From Treponemataceae bacterium (GTDB taxonomy: Bacteria > Spirochaetota > Spirochaetia > Treponematales > Rectinemataceae): DNA of 64,000 nucleotides. The notes beneath the pieces are model-generated. The model did no database searches. It was not told the DNA's origin and worked only from the letters and a program-made list of their open reading frames with translations. The translations under genes were made by a program, and so were the position numbers. Where the stretch lies: NCBI GenBank assembly GCA_963667725.2, contig CAXXHO010000003.1, positions 1,216,001 through 1,280,000 of the forward strand, given 5' to 3'. Positions 21,271 through 29,995 of this stretch are shown here, piece by piece; positions within the stretch are counted from its first letter, which is position 1, and the number at the start of each line of letters is the position of its first letter.

Positions 21271-22723
21271 AAGGAACCTGGCCAGCCTGACGGGAGCGGT
21301 CCTGCCAGGGGAAGCGCGCGCCGGCGCGGCCTCGATAGAACAGGCGCGCATGAGCTTCCAGCCCGAGGCATATCCCAAGAAACCAGCTGACTATGTCCTT
21401 GTCTGGATGCAGAAAGCTCAGCGATCGAGGGAAAATCCAGCCCTGGACCTCGGATTCCACCTCGCCAATACGCTGGGCCTTCCCCTCCTCGTCCTTTTCG
21501 TTCTGGTCGATTACCCGGAAGCTACGCCGGTCCATTACCGCTTCATGCTGGAAGGACTGCGCGAGTGCGCGCTCGACTTGAGGCGGAGAGGCGCTCTTTT
21601 CTGCATAGACTCAGGCGTCATGACCTCCAAAGTAGCCGAATACGCCCGCGGGGCCGCCCTTCTCGTGGCGGACGAGGGCAAACTGGCCTTGGAGCGCGCC
21701 TGGAGAAAGGAAATAGCGGCGACGCCAGGGATGCCGCCCATGATCACTGTCGAAACGGAGTCCGTCATTCCGCCTTTCGCGGCGAGCGACCACCTGGAGT
21801 GGTCAGCCGCCACTCTGCGGAGGAAAATTTCGGCCAAGCTGCCCTTCTTCCTGAAATCCGCCGAATTGGGAGAAGGCTTTCCCGTACCCGAATGCCGCGT
21901 ATCGGCCAGAGCCTCGGATTTTCCGTCACGCGACGAACTGTTCGCGAGCCATCGGGAAGCGGCGGGAGATCCCCTTCTCGCCCTGCAGAAGCTTCGGTTC
22001 GCTCCGGGCCGGCTAGCCGGCATGGCCCGTTTCGGCGAGTTTCTCTCTTCAGGAGCTCTCGAACGCTATGCCGAGGAGCGGAACGACCCCTGCAGAACGG
22101 GCCAGAGCGATATGAGCCCCTATCTGCATTTTGGCCAGGTGTCCCCCGTAACGTTGGCGGGAGCCGCTCTCGGGCATTCGGGGAGCGCCGCGCAAGTCTA
22201 TGTCGAGCAGCTCGTCGTGAGGCGCGAGCTCGCGCTCAACTTTGTTCTCTTCAACCCCGGCTACAACCGCTACGAAACGGCCGCGCCCGAATGGGCCAGG
22301 AAAAGCCTATCCGAGCGAGACGACAGAAGAACACTCTACAGCAAGGCAGAACTGGAAGCCGGCCTCACCGCCGACCGGTACTGGAACGCGGCCCAGAAGG
22401 AAATGCTGCTTACAGGGAAAATGCACAACTACTTGAGGATGTACTGGGGCAAGCAGCTGCTTTCCTGGTTCGCCGATCCGGCCGAAGCCTTCGATACCGC
22501 GATACGCCTCAACGACCGATACTCTCTCGACGGAAGGGATCCCAACGGGTACGCCGGAATTGCATGGTGCTTCGGAAGACACGACCGGCCATGGCCGCAG
22601 CGACCTCTTTTCGGCAGCGTACGCTCCATGATGGCTTCTGGATTACGCAAAAAATTCGACGCGGAACGCTATGCGAGCGAAGTGGAAGACTTATATACTA
22701 CAAGGAGAAAGGAGATATCATGA
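21254..22723 (+). CDS. phr: Class II CPD photolyase
   Basis: VLVWMQ..QR...NPAL, SDMSPYLHFGQ, VRRELA.NF, KMHNYLRMYWGK, DGRDPNGY.GI.W. Confidence 0.9.
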   Translation: MNSSAERNLASLTGAVLPGEARAGAASIEQARMSFQPEAYPKKPADYVLVWMQKAQRSRENPALDLGFHLANTLGLPLLVLFVLVDYPEATPVHYRFMLEGLRECALDLRRRGALFCIDSGVMTSKVAEYARGAALLVADEGKLALERAWRKEIAATPGMPPMITVETESVIPPFAASDHLEWSAATLRRKISAKLPFFLKSAELGEGFPVPECRVSARASDFPSRDELFASHREAAGDPLLALQKLRFAPGRLAGMARFGEFLSSGALERYAEERNDPCRTGQSDMSPYLHFGQVSPVTLAGAALGHSGSAAQVYVEQLVVRRELALNFVLFNPGYNRYETAAPEWARKSLSERDDRRTLYSKAELEAGLTADRYWNAAQKEMLLTGKMHNYLRMYWGKQLLSWFADPAEAFDTAIRLNDRYSLDGRDPNGYAGIAWCFGRHDRPWPQRPLFGSVRSMMASGLRKKFDAERYASEVEDLYTTRRKEIS

Positions 22724-23031
22724 ACCTCAACGAACTTGCGTACATTCAGATAGAAGGAACGCAGCGCAATCACGATATCGTCGTCTACGCGCTCTCCACC
22801 TGCGGCTTCTGCAAAAGAGCCCTGGCCTACCTTGAAGAGAAAGACATCGCCTATAAGTATATCTATGTCGACCAACTGCCCATCGAAAAGAAGAACGAAA
22901 TCAAAGCCATTCTCAGGGAACGATTCAAGGAAAACGTGGCCTTCCCCTTCGCCGTCATCGACGATACGGCCCATCTCGTCGGCTTCATCAAGCCCGACTG
23001 GATCAGGACACTTGGGTTGACGGAGGAATGA
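22720..23031 (+). CDS. Glutaredoxin (NrdH-like)
   Basis: RBS AAGGAG, ATG 22720 overlaps the phr stop; YALSTCGFC active site, VAFP cis-Pro motif, VGF. It is the C-terminal part of the 21565 ORF in the track. Confidence 0.85.
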   Translation: MNLNELAYIQIEGTQRNHDIVVYALSTCGFCKRALAYLEEKDIAYKYIYVDQLPIEKKNEIKAILRERFKENVAFPFAVIDDTAHLVGFIKPDWIRTLGLTEE

Positions 23032-23360
23032 TGAACCAGAAAACGCAGGAGCAGACGAGGCTTTTCTCGAGAATGGTCGCCCAAAAACAGGGATGGGAAC
23101 TAAATCCCGACGAATCGTTCTACGAAAGTCTCATCGAAGGACTGACCACCAATTTCAACCGCTACGGCTATTATCTATGCCCATGCAGGGATTCGGAAGG
23201 TTCCAGGGAAGCCGACAGCAAGGCGATCTGCCCTTGCGTCTGGTCCAAACTCGACGTGCCTGAGTTCGGCAACTGCTACTGCGCACTCTACCTTTCCAAG
23301 GAGCTGCTCGCGTCGGGCAAGGAGCCCGTATCCATCGTCGATCGCCGTTACGAAGAATGA
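23028..23360 (+). CDS. Ferredoxin:thioredoxin reductase catalytic subunit homologue
   Basis: CPCR...CPC...CYC six-cysteine pattern. Confidence 0.88.
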   Translation: MMNQKTQEQTRLFSRMVAQKQGWELNPDESFYESLIEGLTTNFNRYGYYLCPCRDSEGSREADSKAICPCVWSKLDVPEFGNCYCALYLSKELLASGKEPVSIVDRRYEE

Positions 23361-23382
23361 TTCGGCAACCGGGACCCATATA

Positions 23383-24603
23383 ATGAATTACCTTGACTGG
23401 GCGGCCACGACGCCGCCGGATTCCGCCATCGCGCTTCAGGCTCTTCATGCCTCATTCGACCATTTCGCCAATCCCTCCAGCCAGCACAGGGCCGGAAAGG
23501 CGGCAAGGGATACCCTGGAAGGTTCGCGCGCGTCGTTTCTGGATTCGCTGGCCTTGGCCTCAGGCGTAAAATCCCTGGGTGGGGATCTCGCTTTCACCGC
23601 GTCGGGCACCGAAGCCGACCAGATTCCCCTCCTCTCTCTCCTCAAGCTCGCGAAAAAAAATGAATCGGGAACGAGGGCGATAAGGACCTCGGCGACCGAA
23701 AAACCGCATCTCGTCATTTCAGCCATCGAACACGCCGCGATAGACGCTCAGGCTGAGACTCTCTCGCGCCTTGGCTTCGCCGTCACCTTCGTGAAACCCG
23801 ACGCGGACGGCATCGTGCGGCCGTCCAAAATCGGCGAAGCCCTACGTTCGACGACGAGGCTCGTGGCCGTCATGGCCGTCAACAACGAGACCGGCGCCAT
23901 ACAGGATATCGACGCCATCGGCCGCTCCGCCGCATCGGCAGCCTCGAGCCTCGGCGTAAGGACTCCGCTTTTCCACGTCGACTGCGTCCAGGCTCTAGGC
24001 AAGGTACCCCTAAGGCTTTCTGGCGGGCTCGTGACGAGCGCGGCCTTTTCCGCCCATAAGATACAGGGGCCCAAGGGCGTCGGCGCCCTGTGGCATTCCA
24101 AAGCCATCGACCCCCTCGCCGTCGGCGGCGGCCAGGAATCCGGCATCCGCTCGGGCACCGAGAACCTGTTCGGGATACACGCTTTCGCGCTCTGCGCCGC
24201 CAAGGCCGCCGCCTCGCTGGACGAAAGGCTTCTCCGCGCCCGTGCCCTGGAGCGACTCCTCCTGGACGGCATCGGCGCCATTCCCGGCGCCTGCGCGGTG
24301 CCGCCAAGCCGCGTGGCCGATGACCCGCGCTGGAGCCCATGGATTGTTTCCGCCGCATTCCCCGGCCTGGGCGGCGAAGTGCTCGCCCGCGCCCTCTCCG
24401 ACGTCGACATCGCCGTGTCCACCGGCTCGGCCTGCTCCCAGGCCCACAAGACCAAGGGCAGAAGAGTCCTCGACGCCATGGGGCTGCCCGAGGAACTCTC
24501 CTTTTCCTCCATCCGCCTCTCCTTCGGACCCGATACCGCCGACGCCGACGTCGAAGCCTTCCTCTCGACCGCCGCAGACTTGTATCGCAGACTTAAAACC
24601 TGA
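23383..24603 (+). CDS. iscS: Cysteine desulfurase (IscS/NifZ-like)
   Basis: YLDWAATT, ANPSS, NNETG, SAHKIQGPKG (PLP Lys), STGSACS (catalytic Cys). Confidence 0.9.
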   Translation: MNYLDWAATTPPDSAIALQALHASFDHFANPSSQHRAGKAARDTLEGSRASFLDSLALASGVKSLGGDLAFTASGTEADQIPLLSLLKLAKKNESGTRAIRTSATEKPHLVISAIEHAAIDAQAETLSRLGFAVTFVKPDADGIVRPSKIGEALRSTTRLVAVMAVNNETGAIQDIDAIGRSAASAASSLGVRTPLFHVDCVQALGKVPLRLSGGLVTSAAFSAHKIQGPKGVGALWHSKAIDPLAVGGGQESGIRSGTENLFGIHAFALCAAKAAASLDERLLRARALERLLLDGIGAIPGACAVPPSRVADDPRWSPWIVSAAFPGLGGEVLARALSDVDIAVSTGSACSQAHKTKGRRVLDAMGLPEELSFSSIRLSFGPDTADADVEAFLSTAADLYRRLKT

Positions 24604-24617
24604 TACAACACAGCATC

Positions 24618-25811
24618 ATGGAAACGCTATTCCTCATAAAACCGGGCGAAATACTCCTAAAAAAAGAAAATCAGAAAGAATTCACGCGACGTCTCATCCA
24701 GCAGCTGCACAAGCGCATGGGCGACGTAGGCTGCAAAATCGAAGAATTTCCGGGCCGCTTTTTCCTGTCCGTCGACGAACGCTACGCCGAGCGCGCGGAA
24801 TTCGTCCTGAGCCGCTGCCCCGGCCTCAACGGCTACTCGAAGGCCTACGTGTGCCCCAAGACCGTGGAATCGATCCTGGAGGCTTCTGGACTCGTTGCCG
24901 CCAAGGCTTTGGCGGCCGGCAAGAAAGTTTTCAAGGTCGAAACCCGCCGATCCGACAAAAGCTTCCCGCTGGGATCCTACGCGATGTCAGCCAAGGCCGG
25001 CGAAGCGATTCTCGATACATTCCCCGCCCTCTCCGTCGACGTCCACGAACCTGATTTCGTGGTCAACATAGAAATCAGGGAAAGGGCCTACGTCTACGGC
25101 CACACCGAGCCGGGACCGCGCGGCCTGCCCTCGGGCACGAGCGGCAAGGGACTTCTCCTCCTCTCCGGAGGAATCGATTCGCCCGTTGCAGGCTACATGA
25201 TGGCCAAGCGCGGCGCTCCCCTCGAATGCGTCTACTTTCACGCCTATCCTTACACCTCGGTCGAGGCGCAGCGAAAGGTGGAACACCTCGCCCTGCGGAT
25301 AGCGGCCTGGTGCGGTTCGATCCGTCTATGGGTAGTCCCCTTCACCGACGTGCAGATCCAGATAAAAAAACTCGCCAATGAAGACGCGACGACGATAATG
25401 CTGAGATCAGCCATGATGGAGGCCGCCGACAGCATCGCCTTCAAGATAGGCGCGGACGCCCTCATCACGGGGGAAAGCCTGGGCCAGGTAGCGAGCCAAA
25501 CGGTGGAAAACATGGCCATAACCGAGGCGCCCGCCAACCATCCCGTCTTTCGCCCCCTCATCGGGACCGACAAGGAAGACACCGTCAACATGGCCAAGAA
25601 GATCGGCACCTTCGATATTTCCATCCTGCCCTACGAGGACTGCTGCGTGCTCTTCTCGCCCAAACATCCGCTCCTGAAGCCCTCTTTCAAGGATTTGACG
25701 GCGGTCTACAGGGAATTAGGACTAAGTCCCCTCATCGAGGAAAGCGTCAGGAAAGCCGAACGATTCGTCTACAAATACCGGGATGTGCTGGAGGATTTCG
25801 GCGTCTCGTGA
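24618..25811 (+). CDS. thiI: tRNA 4-thiouridine(8) synthase, no rhodanese domain
   Basis: THUMP domain, PP-loop LLSGGIDSPVA, TGESLGQVASQT, EDCC. Confidence 0.93.
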   Translation: METLFLIKPGEILLKKENQKEFTRRLIQQLHKRMGDVGCKIEEFPGRFFLSVDERYAERAEFVLSRCPGLNGYSKAYVCPKTVESILEASGLVAAKALAAGKKVFKVETRRSDKSFPLGSYAMSAKAGEAILDTFPALSVDVHEPDFVVNIEIRERAYVYGHTEPGPRGLPSGTSGKGLLLLSGGIDSPVAGYMMAKRGAPLECVYFHAYPYTSVEAQRKVEHLALRIAAWCGSIRLWVVPFTDVQIQIKKLANEDATTIMLRSAMMEAADSIAFKIGADALITGESLGQVASQTVENMAITEAPANHPVFRPLIGTDKEDTVNMAKKIGTFDISILPYEDCCVLFSPKHPLLKPSFKDLTAVYRELGLSPLIEESVRKAERFVYKYRDVLEDFGVS

Positions 25812-25857
25812 AGGAATTTTCGACGCGTAAAAACGGATTTATGGGTGCGCAGCGCGC

Positions 25858-25900
25858 AAAAGACCCGCATGCCGGCTCCAAGCGCGGCATGCGGGTCTTT
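25858..25900. terminator. Bidirectional intrinsic terminator
   Basis: AAAAGACCCGCATGCCG-loop-CGGCATGCGGGTCTTT. Confidence 0.85.
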
Positions 25901-25913
25901 CTCAATTGAGCGG

Positions 25914-26114
25914 TTATTGCTTGGCTTTGTCTTTAAGCTGATCGATCGTCTTCTGGGCGGTTTCCTTGATCTTCTGGACGGTCTCCTCAACCACCTCTTT
26001 CGCCTTCCCCGCTACCTGCTCCGCTTTTCCTTCGTTGCGAAGTTCCTTATTGTCGACAAGCACGCCCGCGGCTTCCTTAATGCGGCCCTTCACTACTTCC
26101 AGTTTTCCATTCAT
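25914..26114 (-). CDS. csbD: CsbD family general stress protein
   Basis: KGRIKEAAG.L.DN.EL..EGKAEQ.AGK pattern; RBS AGGAG. Confidence 0.85.
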   Translation of the reverse strand: MNGKLEVVKGRIKEAAGVLVDNKELRNEGKAEQVAGKAKEVVEETVQKIKETAQKTIDQLKDKAKQ

Positions 26115-26175
26115 GTCGATGACTCCTATCCCTTGATTTTAAAACGTATGAACCGATCCAAAAACGCCGATCATT

Positions 26176-26520
26176 TCAATCCAGAGGCATGGCAGTCTGC
26201 GGCTTTACGCCGGCCATCGCCGCCCCATCTACTTTTTCTTTCTCAGCCTCACGGATGTCGAGCTGTTTCCCTCTTTCTCTTATGCTCCGAACCTTGTCGG
26301 CTAGCAGCCGTTTAGCCTTGCTGTGACGATAGCTTCCAAAGTAGATGAAGAGGGAATAGACGATGCCAAAGGCGAAGCTCAGGGCGCTTACCGCGACGAT
26401 GGAGACGTTTTCCATCCGACGAATCCCCAGAAGATCGACCGAGGTTGTGAATCCGAGATTCAACGAAACAAGGGCCGCCAGAAGAACTAGCAGGACAACG
26501 CTGACAATTATGCGAACCAT
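26176..26520 (-). CDS. LapA (DUF1049)-like small membrane protein
   Basis: Two TM helices separated by an N...V.LL loop, followed by a basic coiled tail; RBS AAGGAAAG. Confidence 0.6.
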   Translation of the reverse strand: MVRIIVSVVLLVLLAALVSLNLGFTTSVDLLGIRRMENVSIVAVSALSFAFGIVYSLFIYFGSYRHSKAKRLLADKVRSIRERGKQLDIREAEKEKVDGAAMAGVKPQTAMPLD

Positions 26521-26634
26521 TTTTCTTTCCTTGGAGGCTTTCCGGAGCAGCATGTTTCGCGCAAAATCGTTGCGCGCGGTCGCGATGATGCACGCGCTGG
26601 CGTCAAAGCCTCATGATTCTTTCGTCTCGATATA

Positions 26635-26677
26635 AATATAAGAAGAAGTAGCGGCTTTATCTGTTCGGTGGCGCACA
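26635..26677 (-). promoter_or_regulatory. Putative Crp/Fnr-family site 1 with class-II -10 box
   Basis: TGTTCGGTGGCGCACA (26662-26677); minus-strand TATATT at 26640-26635. Confidence 0.65.
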
Positions 26678-26770
26678 TACCTCAGAGTCTGCCGCGACTA
26701 TTGACAATTCATATAGTTGGTGAAACGCTATTAGCAATAATGAAATAACAGAGACTGAAAGGAGGTGTTC

Positions 26771-27508
26771 ATGACCATTTTCTCGAGCCCGCCATATCCT
26801 CCAAATCCACGGCAAAACCACCTGCTCGCGGCTCTGCCCGAATATGAATACGCCCGGCTACTTCCCCATCTGGAGCGAGTTTCTCTTCCGCTCGGCAAGA
26901 CATTGAGCGAATCGGGCAATTCCGATGTCGATGTCTATTTCCCCACGACATCCATCGTTTCCCTGCTACACGTGCTGTCGAATGGTTCTTCAGCCGAAAT
27001 AGCCGTCGTTGGCAATGAAGGCATCGTGGGTATCGCTCTTTTCATGGGCGGAGCGTCCATGCCGAGCAGGGCCTTGGTGCAGAGCGAAGGACACGCTTAT
27101 CGAATGCGCGGAGATCTGCTCAATTTCGAGTTCAATCATAATCCCGCGCTGCAGCATCTTCTTATGAGATATATCATGGCGCTCTTGAGCCAGATGGCTC
27201 AAACGGCGGTATGCAACAGGCACCACTCCATCGACCAGCAACTCTGCCGATGGCTCCTCCTCAGCATGGACCGCTTATCCGGAAACGTGCTCAACATGAC
27301 ACAGGAACTTATCGCCGACATGCTGGGGGTGCGCAGGAAAGGCGTGACAGAAGCCGCCGGAAAACTGCAGGATGCCGGGCTCATTTCCTACAGTCGCGGT
27401 TGTCTTACCGTATTGGATCGTCCCAGTCTTGAAAGGCGCGTTTGCGAATGTTACGAAGTCGTCAAGAAAGAATTTGCCCGGCTGCTCCCTGACGTAATTG
27501 CCGTATGA
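26771..27508 (+). CDS. Crp/Fnr family transcriptional regulator
   Basis: NHLLAALP..EY.RLLPHLE, cNMP-binding-type domain (VVGNEG), HTH TQELIADMLGVRRKGVTEAAGKL, C-terminal CECY; RBS AAGGAGG. Confidence 0.92.
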   Translation: MTIFSSPPYPPNPRQNHLLAALPEYEYARLLPHLERVSLPLGKTLSESGNSDVDVYFPTTSIVSLLHVLSNGSSAEIAVVGNEGIVGIALFMGGASMPSRALVQSEGHAYRMRGDLLNFEFNHNPALQHLLMRYIMALLSQMAQTAVCNRHHSIDQQLCRWLLLSMDRLSGNVLNMTQELIADMLGVRRKGVTEAAGKLQDAGLISYSRGCLTVLDRPSLERRVCECYEVVKKEFARLLPDVIAV

Positions 27509-27664
27509 CTATCCTCTGTCCGGAGACCTGGAACCGTCCTGATCCATGGCTCTTGGCGTCGTTCCTTTATTAATGGCCTTGGAGAAGATCCAGAACCACA
27601 GGCTCATGGCAGAGGCGAACGCCGCGATGCCGATGTTCGTAATCAAGGCATATTGGTTTTCCAT
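27509..27664 (-). CDS. 51-aa single-TM microprotein, not in the ORF track
   Basis: Hand translation MENQYALITNIGIAAFASAMSLWFWIFSKAINKGTTPRAMDQDGSRSPDRG*; AGGAAA RBS; stop abuts the crp stop. Confidence 0.5.
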   Translation of the reverse strand: MENQYALITNIGIAAFASAMSLWFWIFSKAINKGTTPRAMDQDGSRSPDRG

Positions 27665-27675
27665 ATGCAGGTTTC

Positions 27676-27837
27676 CTAGACGATAATGCCGATACCCAGA
27701 ATCGGCTTGTAGACATGAACCAGTTTGGTCGTCAAAAGATATTCGTAGGGTCTTTTCAAGCTGGATATCTGGCTGAAAGAAAATGATTTTCTTTTCTTCG
27801 TCGCTTCCATCTCGTGTCGTTCCTTATTTTCATGCAT
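27676..27837 (-). CDS. 53-aa hypothetical microprotein
   Basis: AAGGAG 6 nt before ATG 27837; downstream of palindrome site 2; 11 nt gap to the next small ORF. Confidence 0.4.
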   Translation of the reverse strand: MHENKERHEMEATKKRKSFSFSQISSLKRPYEYLLTTKLVHVYKPILGIGIIV

Positions 27838-27867
27838 ACCATGCTCCTTTTGCGAGTCTTTAAAATA

Positions 27868-27910
27868 AGGATACTCCGGGGTTTTACGATGATCTGTGCG
27901 GCAACGCACA
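27868..27910 (-). promoter_or_regulatory. Putative Crp/Fnr-family site 2 with class-II -10 box
   Basis: Palindrome TGTGCG-GCAA-CGCACA (27895-27910) with perfectly matched arms; minus-strand TATCCT at 27873-27868, the same offset as site 1. Confidence 0.7.
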
Positions 27911-27982
27911 TAAGCATCAAAAGGCAAGGCAAAAAAAACGACCGGCTTGCCGTTGCTCCGCAACTGCATTGCCGATCGCCAC

Positions 27983-28054
27983 TATCCCCAAGGGGAATCG
28001 AACCCCTGTTGGCGGGATGAAAACCCGCTGTCCTGACCGCTAGACGATGGGGAC
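27983..28054 (-). tRNA. tRNA-Glu(TTC)
   Basis: Reverse complement GTCCCCATCGTCTAGCGGTCAGGAC-A-GCGGG-TT-TTC-AT-CCCGC...GGTTCGATTCC...GGGGATA. Confidence 0.95.
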
Positions 28055-28136
28055 CAATACCGCGAAAACTCGCGTCTCCGCGTCCGGGGTGCAAGCTACC
28101 AAGAAACGCCTCCCCTTGTCAATATCCTCGCAGTTC

Positions 28137-29471
28137 CTAGAAATCCTCGAGCGCCAGTTTTTCCTTTATTTTCGCGAAGAGATGGAGCGCCAGCGCGTTT
28201 TCCGGCTCTATTCTGAGCGCTACTTCGCAGTCGGCGTGGGCTGTGGCCGTGTCGCCCATCTTGAAATAGCAGAGGGCCCTTCTATACCGCGAGAAGAAGT
28301 GATAAGGATGGATCTGCAGCGCCGCCGAGAAATCTTCCGCGGCGCCGAGAAAATCCTCGAGGACGCTTTTCACGACGCCGCGGTAGTAGAGCGCCTTGTA
28401 GCATTCGGGATCCAAGGTAAGGCAGGAGCTGAAATCTTGGAGGGCTTCGTGATACCTGGACTGGGCGAAATAGGCCATGCCTCGGTGTTTGTAGACAACG
28501 GAGGCTATCTCCCTGTCCGGCTTCTCGGCGACGATGGTGCTGTAGATGCGCACCGCCCTGTCGAAGTCGGCCTTGTTGTGCGCCTCGAGGGCCGCGAGAA
28601 GCAGGCCGTCCATCCCGAAGTTCCCATAGCCATCCATATCGTGCTTGCCGGTTAATCCGCTGTCGGGTCCGTTGGGGAGTTGATCTCTGGGCAGCGCATC
28701 CCCGAGCACCCCGGGCAGCGTTCCGGAATCAGCCTCGCCGTCCGGCCCGCCCTCCGCTTCGGATTCGGGCGTATCGGCCACTTCCTCGATTTTTCGGTAG
28801 AATACCTCTCTTCTATGTCCCAGCTCGGCGTTGAGCCGTTTCTCGAACTCTAGAATTTCCTGGAAAATTATGTCCGAGAGGGTGAGATTGGCGTTGAGCG
28901 CCGCCAGTTTTCTCCTCATGGGTTCGTCGAAAGGGGTGAACTCGGCCTTGTAGACCAGCTCGTGCTCCACCTCCGCCCAAGCTTCCTGAAGTATGGTACG
29001 CAGCTGGATTTCGATGACATGACGCTCGATATGGGGGCAGAACGACATGATCTCCTCCGGAATCCGCACGAGGAGATGGATGGATTCGTAGCCGAACTCG
29101 CGGAAGGATCGCTCCGCTCCCTTTCGCTCTATTTCCTCGACGGAAAAACGCTCCGAAAGTATCTTTTCCGCCTTGGCCAGGTCGCCGAGAAAAGGACAGA
29201 TGACGCGGATGGCGATGACGTCGTTCACGGGCAGGGTGCCTGCCTTTTCCGTCCAGGCTTTCTTGAGCAGCCTCAGCTTCTTGGCGTAATAGGAATCGAA
29301 TTCCTTTACCCGCCCTTTCAGCGTCGGTTTCAGGCCGTTATTGGAGAGCACCGACTCGACCATCGAAAGAAAGCTCGAGAGGGCTTCCTCGTAGCGAGGT
29401 TTGGAATCGGCGTACTGCGTTGAGAGTTTAGCCTTGTCGGGAATGACGAGCACTGACTGTTCCATAGGCAT
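28137..29471 (-). CDS. RelA/SpoT-type small alarmone synthetase fused to TPR repeats
   Basis: GRVK, NDVIAIRV, GYESIH, EIQLRT..Q.AWAEVEH.LVYK; C-terminal TPR helices. Confidence 0.88.
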   Translation of the reverse strand: MPMEQSVLVIPDKAKLSTQYADSKPRYEEALSSFLSMVESVLSNNGLKPTLKGRVKEFDSYYAKKLRLLKKAWTEKAGTLPVNDVIAIRVICPFLGDLAKAEKILSERFSVEEIERKGAERSFREFGYESIHLLVRIPEEIMSFCPHIERHVIEIQLRTILQEAWAEVEHELVYKAEFTPFDEPMRRKLAALNANLTLSDIIFQEILEFEKRLNAELGHRREVFYRKIEEVADTPESEAEGGPDGEADSGTLPGVLGDALPRDQLPNGPDSGLTGKHDMDGYGNFGMDGLLLAALEAHNKADFDRAVRIYSTIVAEKPDREIASVVYKHRGMAYFAQSRYHEALQDFSSCLTLDPECYKALYYRGVVKSVLEDFLGAAEDFSAALQIHPYHFFSRYRRALCYFKMGDTATAHADCEVALRIEPENALALHLFAKIKEKLALEDF

Positions 29472-29534
29472 ATTTGGAATATATCACCGAATCCGCGAAT
29501 AGAGAAACGGAAATTTCAAGTAAGCGATTTCCGA

Positions 29535-29990
29535 TCAGCGGATAGCGAGGTTTCCGTTTACATAGAGTTCGAGGACGCCGGCTCCCGGCACCGATTCCGA
29601 AATGGTTTTTTCAAAAGCCGATTGTATGAGCCTGAAGGAAACGTCGAGACTCGTCGGATCGGGTATCGCCAGTTCCACGATGAGTCGGTTGCCGCGATGC
29701 ATGACGCTGCCCAAGCGGGCGTCCTGCCTGAAAAGAGGCTGAAGCGAATAGCCGATCGGTCCCAGCAGCAGTTCTTCGAGCACCTGCCTGGAACGTTCTT
29801 CCAGGGATCCCACCAGGGAGAGGTTTCTCGTTTCTGCCGCGAGCTTGGTTCTGTGCGCGTCGAGGAAATAAAGGCGCGCGCGTCGCGCGGCGGGATTGAG
29901 TCCGTTGAGGATGAGGGCGAGTATTACGATGGCGGGAATGACGAAAATCCAGCCGCGGGGCCGGCCCGGTCTTGAAGCGTTTTCACTCAA
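29535..29990 (-). CDS. Membrane-anchored GerMN-like protein
   Basis: Probable TTG start just after the amidase stop; N-terminal TM helix; LYF...E.R...LEELLLGP pattern. Confidence 0.55.
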   Translation of the reverse strand: MSENASRPGRPRGWIFVIPAIVILALILNGLNPAARRARLYFLDAHRTKLAAETRNLSLVGSLEERSRQVLEELLLGPIGYSLQPLFRQDARLGSVMHRGNRLIVELAIPDPTSLDVSFRLIQSAFEKTISESVPGAGVLELYVNGNLAIR

Positions 29991-29995
29991 TGAAT

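Noticed and set aside
21565..23031. 488-aa ORF suggesting a long glutaredoxin fusion or overlapping gene
   Set aside because: The N-terminal part is an Arg-rich off-frame shadow of the photolyase; a strong RBS and ATG at 22720 define the real gene.
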